Below are positions 39,632 to 64,000 of a stretch of DNA of 64,000 nucleotides, in pieces. The stretch spans positions 2,542,001-2,606,000 of the forward strand of contig JAYWIR010000001.1 in NCBI GenBank assembly GCA_036172245.1. The letters are read 5' to 3'. Every line of letters starts with the position of its first letter. Position 1 is the stretch's first letter. The translations under genes and the position numbers were made by a program. Source of the DNA: Raillietiella orientalis (taxonomy: Eukaryota). The notes under the pieces were generated by a model. The model saw nothing but the letters and a program-made list of their open reading frames with translations, was not told the origin of the DNA and did no database searches.

Positions 39632-39661
39632 CTAGAAGCAAAGCAAAGCAATCTTTCTGCA
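39632..39661 (+). repeat. Identical 30-nt core of the direct repeat flanking the Utopia-like element (left copy)
   Basis: CTAGAAGCAAAGCAAAGCAATCTTTCTGCA is identical to 43751-43780. Confidence 0.95.
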
Positions 39662-39946
39662 CCACTTCCTTGGGCAGGCTGGATACGCAGACGTTCCTCT
39701 ACGTTCCTACTGGTCCCAGACACGTGCCAAACAAAAGGACAGACAAAGACAAGTGCAGCAATTAATCATAAAAACAATAAAAAGAGGAGAATACTGGTAG
39801 TGGTTTCCAAGAAGGACCCGTAGAGAAACCGTTTCACCAGTGGGGCCGCTCGTCCACTCCGTCGCAAGACACCAGAGCAAAAGCAACTTTATTGAAGCAA
39901 ATAACACTGCAAACACCGAAAGAACTGGAAAACACTGTAGGAAGCA

Positions 39947-39971
39947 CAGACATTAAGCTGAGAAGAACAGA
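39947..39971 (-). pseudogene. U2 snRNA fragment (approx. nt 39-63), the Utopia target sequence; not a complete gene
   Basis: Minus strand TCTGTTCTTCTCAGCTTAATGTCTG matches U2 TCTGTTCTTATCAG(C/T)TTAA(C/T)ATCTG at 22-23 of 25 positions and lies directly after the element's AATAAAAAA end. Confidence 0.75.
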
Positions 39972-42900
39972 TTTTTTATTTTGAGCAATCTTTACAGTTG
40001 CGTATAGATGAACATGGAAGCCTCTGCTTTATCTGCCTTCTCTTCCATACAAGGCCTCACTTTGTGACCACGCTCTTCAAGCGTGTTTATCCTTCTTCGG
40101 TCGGCGTGTCAAAGAGCCCTCTTTGGATAGCAGCATGTCCCAGCCGGTGATCCCAGTAGTGCGCCCTGCTATGCTGTATGCATGAGGCAACCATGTGGGG
40201 CCTCCTTTTTTCTGCACACTGCTTCAGGATACCTATTTCGCAAAGTGCTCCATCGTTCCGCGGATCCCAACTTCCAAAGAGGCCGATGGCGATGGCCCTC
40301 ACGCCAGCCTGAAGTTCTTTCCCTCGTAGCTGCAAGACAATCTCCTGTTACTTATTTTCTTGATCCGTCTTCACGAGGAGAAATACCTCCTTAGTATTTT
40401 CGAATGGACAGGAAGCATCCAGGATTAGTATCTTGCCTGTTTTTTGCAGTACAAGGTCGGGTCTTAGGCTGGAGTGGCACCCAGGTACCGTTTGATTCGC
40501 CGACATGACCTGCCATCCAGCGGTGTCGATTGCTGCTGCCTTCAATCTCTCCACGATATCATCGTGCCTCGCTGTGTACATACGTGAATGCCTCATACAA
40601 TGGTTTGGAGCACGAGGCAATGTCTCGTCCCAGATCACACAGCATAGACACGATCCTTTTCCTATGGGTCTTCTCTTAACGCCCCTTGCAGGCAGCGGAT
40701 TTTGCTTCGCCGCATTGATGAATCGATAGTCGCCGAAGCGCAGATAGTTTCCTGTTGTTAGGAAGTAGTGTAGCGAACGTTGGAGTCCTGAGAAACGCAT
40801 GGCTTTCCCTTGGTCAGGATGCTTTTTTGTAAGCTCCAGTCATGTTCTTTCTCGCTGCGGGTTGCGCACCATTGAGCTGAATTTCCTCCTCATTGATGCG
40901 TCCAGTGTCATCTCTGCTAACTGCAGCTTGACTTCACCTCCTTCAAAGTTTCAAAATGCAGACATGAGGTGGGATGCTTGCATTTCCGTGGTCCATATAC
41001 TTCCGTATACTCTTAATATCACCACACTTATCCGGGAAATTTCACCTTATGCTTCGCCAGATAGAAATCTTTTGTGATCGTCTTCCGTATGTGGCTGCAG
41101 AAGTTTTTTAACTACCACGAAGTGACCGGCTTACCAGAATCCCTAACTGAGACATCTGGAGATGTTTGGAGCTTGAAGCAGTTACCGATGATGAAGGTAT
41201 CCGCTTCGTTCGATAGCTGCATCAGTCCTGAGCAACCTTTCCTTCTGCCCCCGTGTAAGTACTGGTTAGCAACTCTTGCGAGCAGTGAAAGTGTGGACTT
41301 TACCATTTTCCTTATTTTTTTATCAGCGTACTTCCGGTTTCCCGACGGATGCGTGCATAGTCTCTGAAAGCGCACTAGGCTTGGAAAGAAAACAGTTTTC
41401 ATTGCATCCATCTTCTGCCAGGGAAATAGCCAGGATCACGGGATAGTTCCGACTTCCCCAACGATGTCTTCCTTGCTTGGGACGGGATTGAATACCTCTA
41501 TCCCGAACGTTTTCCCCAAATGTTCACAGGTTTTTGAGATTGTTTGGTTGTGTATCACTCCGCTGCTAACTTCCAATTTGATATTTCTCAAACCACGGGG
41601 TGTTTCTCAGCACTAGAATAATCCTGTGCATTATGAAGAACTGATGGTGAAAGCCCAGCTCGTGTTGCAAGATCTTTAAAGCAGCGTGGCTGCTGTTGTA
41701 AATCTTTCTCTTTATTAGCCAGTAAGATTAAATCAGCGTACGCCAGGAGAGATTCTGTGCCGTAGCTTTCCGCATAATTTGAATGAGTGGCTTCAGGGGA
41801 TTACAGAGAACTCAAGGGGCATCCTTGTTTTACTCCACTTTGAAAGATGAGCGGTATAGTGGCTGCTGATTGCAGATGAATGTAAGTGGAAATTGTTGGA
41901 ATAAAGTTCTTTAATTCATCTAAGAAAAGAGTCACCTACTCCTGCTTCTGTGAGAGTTCTTAAGAGCATTTCGCGACTCATGGAGTCAAATGCGTTTATT
42001 AGATCCACAAAGACTATTTCAATGCCATCTGCAGATCGTCTTGTATGGTCTAACTTCGTCTGCAGCACAAATTATGATCTCATACACCGTCAAAGGGTAG
42101 AAATCCCTTTTGTTGAGGGCAGATATGCTGTTCTCAAGGATCCAGTCCCTGATTCGTGTTGCTAGGCACTTGGCTTGCAACCTGTTTATGCTATTTTCGA
42201 TCGAAATCGATCTCCAATCGGCCATACTGCAAGATTCTGTGGATCCCACAGTAGGATGGTTCTTGTGGATTCCATGATGATAGACTCGGTTTTTCCTTTA
42301 ACAAGATATTAAAGATCATCGTTATAATCTTTGCTTCTGGATATACTGATCTCCACCAATTGTAGGTGATTTCATCTTGCCCCAGTGAATAGTTCCCTGC
42401 TTCCCGCAACCATCCGGCGACCACTTCCTCGGATAGGGAAGGAATAGGCTGAATTTCCTTGGAAAGTTCTTATGCTCAAAGAGATCTTCGAAATGCTCCT
42501 CAACCTATTGCTTTCAATAGGGCAACGTCTTTCTTGTTGCCCCAATATGACCAGAAAAGCTCGCTCCTGTTTTGTAGATAAAATCGCTGTATTTCCGATC
42601 TGTTCTGTGTGTCAATGGGATTCTCTTTCGCATATGCTCTCGGTATTTTAACATTCAACACGCTTCAAATTTTAGAGGTTAGTTCATCATATACCAGTTC
42701 AAACAGGTCCATAGTGTCTCTTCTCTAGAGGCCGTCAAGGTGTTTTCTCTCTTCTCGTCGTAAATTCTTCCGCAAGTTCAGACTGCCTCATTCTATTCCT
42801 TCTCGCCATCCTCCTCGGTTTGGGGATGTTTTCCTGGGGGGACGCCTCCTGGGTGGTTCATCTTCCAAGAAACGGCCATTGATGATGGAGTTTACTAGGA

Positions 42901-43720
42901 CTCCGGTCCTTTAAATCAATCGATTCCTCGAACAGGTGTTGGTATTTTCTAAGGGAGGAATTTTCTCTAATGAATCAGGTTCCAACTCTACAGGGACTAT
43001 ACCCGTAGAATATTCAGATGATGAAGGCATTCCTTCATTCTGTGGAACTTCTATTCGCCAATTGTTTTGGAATTCACTTATCAACTCATTTAAACTGACA
43101 TTTGGATTATCGATGAGAGCTCCATCGTCTTCTGCATCTGAGATGCCAACTTATGCTTCTCTAGGATTCTCAGCAGTCAATACTTCCGGATTCTTCTCAC
43201 TCAGTTCTCCCACCACGTTGACACTCATTTCCTCCTATGATGAGATTTTTACCATGTCACTCAGATTTCCCAAGAAGCTTTCTTCTGGCGGCGCTATCAT
43301 GCTGCCTGCATCTTCCGGCTGCCAGTGTTCTTGCGAAGATGACTTCCCTCTTCAAATCTCCAGGTCATGCTAGATCTGATGGTTTAATAAGCCCTCTCCT
43401 TGTTGAGAAGGCTAAATCACAGTCTGACTTGTTGCAGTTGAACCTCATTGCCGCATCTACAATGACTGGGCGGACGGTAGGTTCTCCTATACTGAGAAGC
43501 TGTTCGGAACAGACATGGTCGGGAGGTCTTCTAGACAATACAATTGTCTGGAATCTTCGACATCTGTATCTCATTTGCTCTACTTCAAGTTCGTGCATTG
43601 TCTAAGTTTGATAGATTGTACTTGGTAGTGGGTAGCAGCAGTTCTGCTCACGAAGTTGCATCCTAGCACGCCACACCACAGGATTGTCGCCAATGGAAAT
43701 AGTATGGTGACCAGGCAAGC
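39972..43720 (-). mobile_element. Utopia/NeSL-clade (R2-like, restriction-like endonuclease) non-LTR retrotransposon, near full length, inactivated
   Basis: N-terminal zinc fingers (CGVLGC; YRCRRF..RRPPDHVC; CNKSDCDLAFSTRRGL). RT motifs GQDEITY, WRSISI, DLINAFDS, GVKQGCPLS, LAYAD-L. Then PWQKMDAMKT, HPDQGKAM, FLTTGNYLRFGDYRFI, C..C...ETLP...NHC, and RLE motifs RHDDIV, RPDLV, ILDASCPFEN, GSWDPRN, SRAHYWDH. Stop at 40087, short 3' UTR, AATAAAAAA. Many frameshifts and stops. Confidence 0.92.
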
Positions 43721-43750
43721 CTGTTGTTTCTAGAATACACCGTTTACATT

Positions 43751-43780
43751 CTAGAAGCAAAGCAAAGCAATCTTTCTGCA
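43751..43780 (+). repeat. Identical 30-nt core of the direct repeat flanking the Utopia-like element (right copy)
   Basis: Identical to 39632-39661. Confidence 0.95.
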
Positions 43781-44639
43781 TCACTGTTCTGAAAGAGCAT
43801 GCACTATAAACAGTCAATTTCAGAGTTTACTGGTTTTAAATGCTTTCCTCCTGATCTGCAAAAAATCGTCATTACCTGATATACGGGAACGTGGTTTGGA
43901 AATCTTTCTTATGATACGAATGTGTTTCTGGATGAACTTTTGTAATTTGGAGACTGTTATTTCCATTTTTCTTCCCAGACACCAGGAAAACCGAATGTCA
44001 AATTGCGTTATAGCTTATCTGACTAATTATTTTCCAATAAATATCCAGAATTTGAATTAATAAAACATGGTTTTACCCATAAATCACTTCTTGCTAATAT
44101 CCTCCTAGGTACTCTGCAGATAAAGGCGACCAAATGAAAATCTTAAACACTACATTGTTCATTGTTCCATGACTAACAGAAGCACTGCTACACGGGGCAA
44201 TGAAATATGATGAATGATTAAACTTAAACATACATACACACACACAAGATAAATCTCATATAAGATTAATCCTGCATGAATATTGCAAGCATGAAAGAAT
44301 TTAGACATGCAATAGCGAAATGTGGGTGGCAAGCATTGATTTTGAGGAAGCATTCACAGCAATATCTAAGTAAATAATTCCAAAATGTAAACCATACCGT
44401 TGCAGAATTCCAAGATACGAAATTTCAGATCATTATTCACATATATCTCACGTGTAGTAAGGATGACTGGAGATGTGTAAAAAATCAAAAAATACAATGA
44501 AACTGGTTGATCAAGACAAGATCTCTTCGTCAGAGTGTTTGAAATTAACGCCCTCGTAAATTCGGTTTGTTTAGCTTTTCTCGGTCCCATGTGTTTGAAC
44601 ACCACCAGAACACATTTTCTGACAGTGGATAAGAATTCA

Positions 44640-44990
44640 TTTTCTTTATAAAGATTTGCTCTTCAGATTTTCAGCTTCTCAATCAAGGGGTCATACAGAA
44701 TTTTAATTTTACTTCAATAGATGTATAACAAATTAGTGTAATGTAACGGCTCATTGAATAGTTTTAATTCACGCAGTTCGGTACTTAGAATATGCAGTTC
44801 GACTTTCACTGTGGGCTTTTCTTGGCATAGTTCAAGGCGAAAGGAACTTTCAGGCAATGTTTGTTAACTGTTAAGAGACAGCTGAACCTTCCATTAATCC
44901 CTCTTGAAGACACATGAGAAAATGACTTTGAAGGATTTTGTAGGCTCCACAATCAGGTTCAGTAGACATGTTTTGAATGCTAGGTGGTTT
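44640..44990 (+). mobile_element. Decayed CR1/L2-like LINE 3' fragment
   Basis: VRYLEYAV (approx. VRPHLEYAV) at about 44777, VQG.R remnant, then LNLPLIPLE (approx. LxLxxLExRR). Confidence 0.35.
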
Positions 44991-47967
44991 GAATAGGGTG
45001 TTTGAATTTCACAAGAGTTTTCACCTTGTACATGAGAATAAGTGCATAGAGTAATGAATCTGAACATTACCTGAAAGTTTAACGTGACAAAAGTCTCATG
45101 TGATCACATCATAAGCAGTCATTTGAATTATCACCACAAACCCTCATTCCTGAAAGTGAGTGAGATGTGGAAAAAGGAAATAAACTCTGAAGAACTCTGT
45201 GGAAATGCTGAAGGCGTTGGCATGTTGACGGCTAGCTACTTTTATTATGGAAGAGGAGTTATACTGTATCAAAGCATGGAGAATATAATTTCCGTAACTC
45301 AAAAAGGGAAAAAAAACAAAGGAAACAGCGACGTAAACAGATATGGAAACGTTTCCAAAAAAACTGCGGCTTCCATGTCAACGGATTTAGACATCTCGAT
45401 CTCTGGAGGCCATCAAGAGTAAAGTTCCGAACCATGGAAATCGAACTGTTATACAACTGGGTATGCCTATAACTGAAAAAAGAAGTGTTTTGAATCAGCG
45501 TGCATGTTAATAGAATGTTGAGAATTTGCAATATATCAATGAAATTAATAATAATGATTTGGGTCATTGTCTATTTTTCAGATGATGATTTTCGAACTTT
45601 ACGTCTGGAGTTCACTAGAATGCATTCAGCATTATACGGTAAATTATCATAACCAATAGAAACGGCCACGTAGAACTTTTAAAGGTTAAATAGTCATGCT
45701 GAATGAATTTCTATAGAACTGGTGAGTTCCATAAAGACTAATTCAGGACTTAAGAAGGACTTTCAATCCTTTCAGGAGTTCATGGCTGCTCACAGTTTGG
45801 TCAATTATTATTCAAACTGAATTCAAAGTTAGACTTTCACTATAAGATGGATTCACTATTCTCACTATACGGGAGAGATGTACTATAAGTACATCTCTCT
45901 CGCATTCCAAGTTGTATTATTTTCAGTTTCACCAAACTTCCACGAAACTGGGAAAACGAAACTTTCACTTTAGGTGGGAACATTGTGTTCGTCTTTGTTC
46001 CGGGATTGAAAGTGTTCCCGTCTACTAGCACATAAGGTGGATTTTTAATAACTGCCTCTTCCTCTATGCATTAAGATCTTTGTGAAGCACGATCGTCAGG
46101 TTCTTCATTTGCCCCATTTCACGCTCTTTCATCAATCGAATTGGAGGTTCCAAGTTCTTTCGCCGCCTATGTGGCCGTGCTGATTATCAGAAGTTGATGG
46201 AGACATTTGAGTTTTCTTCCTCAGCATTTCTTGTACGTACTAAAAGTCACGTTGGACTAGGATAAATCCAAAAGTTACATTTTGCAATCAGTACCTTATA
46301 GTAGCCTTGGATTGAGTTTAACTCTTAGTAAAGATAAAGTACGTAGTTATCTGAGCAATTATTTCTTGATTGGTAAGCAAGGTGTTAATAGGAGTGCATC
46401 GGGTTCTGTATTGCTTTAGCAAGATTTATTTTTAAATGTTGCGACATTTCACACACATATAATAAAGTGCTGAAATCCTGATCGAAGTAAATTTTGATAG
46501 TTAAAAGATAGGTTTTCAAGAATGCCCAGTTCACACCTTGTTTTCATTATGCCTCAAATTGTTCTAGTTCATTTTCACTTCTTACTTTACCATTTCGACT
46601 ATTGCCACCATTTACATTCCAATAGTACTCACTACCGCACAAAATGAGATTTGTTATTATTAAAGGAATTCACTGTTCGATCAAGTTGTAATAAAATTGT
46701 TTTATTTTTTTGACAAAATGAGTCCCATCATTATCTGTAATGATGGTGCCATCAAAGTTGGCAGTAGAATCAACATTGGACAAACTGTTATTGGTAGTGA
46801 CTTGGGGTACTTCGTAATGTATTTGTTTCACAAGTTTTATTGATGTTGCATGCATGAATTGACTCAAAATTCACTTCTTTAAATTTTTAAAAAAAGTGAC
46901 AAAGAAATAAAGTGCTGCTTCCTGCAACATTTTATGCTTCATGTCAACAGCTGGATTTACTTTTGACAGGATAAGTGGCTAGTTTTATAGCAGGTGCTAT
47001 TTCTACATTAGCATATGCTAATGGAATGTGTCAGTTTCTTCTGTCCTTAATCAAAGTTGCCTTTAGCTCCATACTTTTACTAGAATTACGGAAATTAAGC
47101 ATTCATTCATGCATCAGAGGTCAGAAATTATTGATCTTGATAGTTCAGTAAATTTTAAAACTTTATTTTGGTTGTAGAGATAAATGTATAAGGACAGCAA
47201 AACCTTAATTCCTTGTGTAATTGTAAGAAGTACACAAAAGGAAAGACAATACTCAACAAAACTGCACAAAAGAGTAAAAACCTACTCAAAAGTTCAAGTT
47301 ACAAATAAGAGTTTGCTGTGATACAGATGCTGCAAGTTTGTGCTTGCATGTTAGGCAGCATGAAAAGCAAAATGCATCATCAGATTTACGAGTAAGCATG
47401 AAGGCTTCACAGAAAATGTGACTTTGATATAATGTAAGAGGTTACTCAATGAATCATTAAAGGAATTCTAAAGCTTTCATTTGTTGATATTGTAGTAAAA
47501 ATGCCAAATAATAGGAAAAAAATTAACTAAAGGAAAAATACGAATGTTATATTTCAGGCAATGTTTAATCCCGTATTTTCAAAAAATCATTGTAAAATTC
47601 CTGTGCAAAAAAGTAAAGCTACTGACAAGTCAACAAGTACTATAACAGATATAAATCTGTGATGTAGTGACATCATAGTACATAAATAATAGTTCATTAG
47701 CATCATTTACACTATTTTATAAATTCACAGATTCAGATTTAACAATGTTATTTCAACATTCACTAACTGGAGGAGGGGTGATCACTTTGTGAAGTTATTG
47801 TTCCAATACTTTTCGAAATTAGTACAAACGCTTTTGTACACCAAACAATCACCATCAGTCATCAAAAAACATGAACTTAAACTCATAACTGACTGTTGAA
47901 GACAGTATCAATGTCTATAATCTTGATATTCTATGTATTTGCAAAATTAAAACTTAGTATTGCAGGC

Positions 47968-63873
<15,906 letters not shown>

Positions 63874-64000
63874 CTAAAAATCACATAACATTAATTGTCT
63901 GAACCCAAAGCTTTATTAAATATTTATTGAGTGAAAAGCTTAAAGATCACTTCCTTAGAATGCATGAAAAAATATCCATAAAAAACTTAAATCAGCTACC

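Noticed and set aside
39841-39866. GGGGCCGCTCGTCCACTCCGTCGC resembles U2 stem-loop III
   Set aside because: Wrong spacing and better match on the opposite strand relative to the U2 fragment; no Sm site or stem IV; lies within the duplicated flank. Unresolved, probably chance.
39830-39946. LTR-like end on the minus strand (AATAAA ... CCCCA then C-TGGTG)
   Set aside because: The putative primer-binding site matches no tRNA 3' end I recognise, and no internal gag/pol follows.

Overview
Animal (invertebrate, probably arthropod-like) nuclear DNA with spliceosomal GT-AG introns; no prokaryotic operons, CRISPR arrays, rRNA or intact tRNA genes were seen. Most ORFs in the supplied track are spurious. 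I reconstructed four minus-strand genes by hand: the 5' part of an ACSL3/4-type long-chain acyl-CoA synthetase (<1-6752), the core exons of a divergent CFAP221/PCDP1-like gene (16149-20003), a CG7065-like zinc-finger gene (30993-33423) and the 3' part of WDFY3/ALFY/blue cheese (47968->63873; PH-BEACH-WD40-FYVE). Between them lie decayed mobile elements: Tx1/L1, I/Nimb-type LINEs, Gypsy, a Mutator-like fragment, a pogo/Tigger-type MITE, a tRNA-derived SINE pair and an unclassified 3-copy repeat. The most notable structure is a near-full-length decayed Utopia/NeSL-clade retrotransposon (39972-43720). Its 3' poly(A) abuts a 25-nt piece of its U2 snRNA target although no U2 gene is present, and it sits between two diverged ~270-bp direct repeats sharing an identical 30-nt core. 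Other points: the WDFY3 FYVE finger has lost the canonical PI3P-binding residues, many introns are only 40-60 nt, one intron is GC-AG, and GC content steps down from about 60% to about 30% (by eye) across the window. All homology calls rest on recalled motifs, not database searches.
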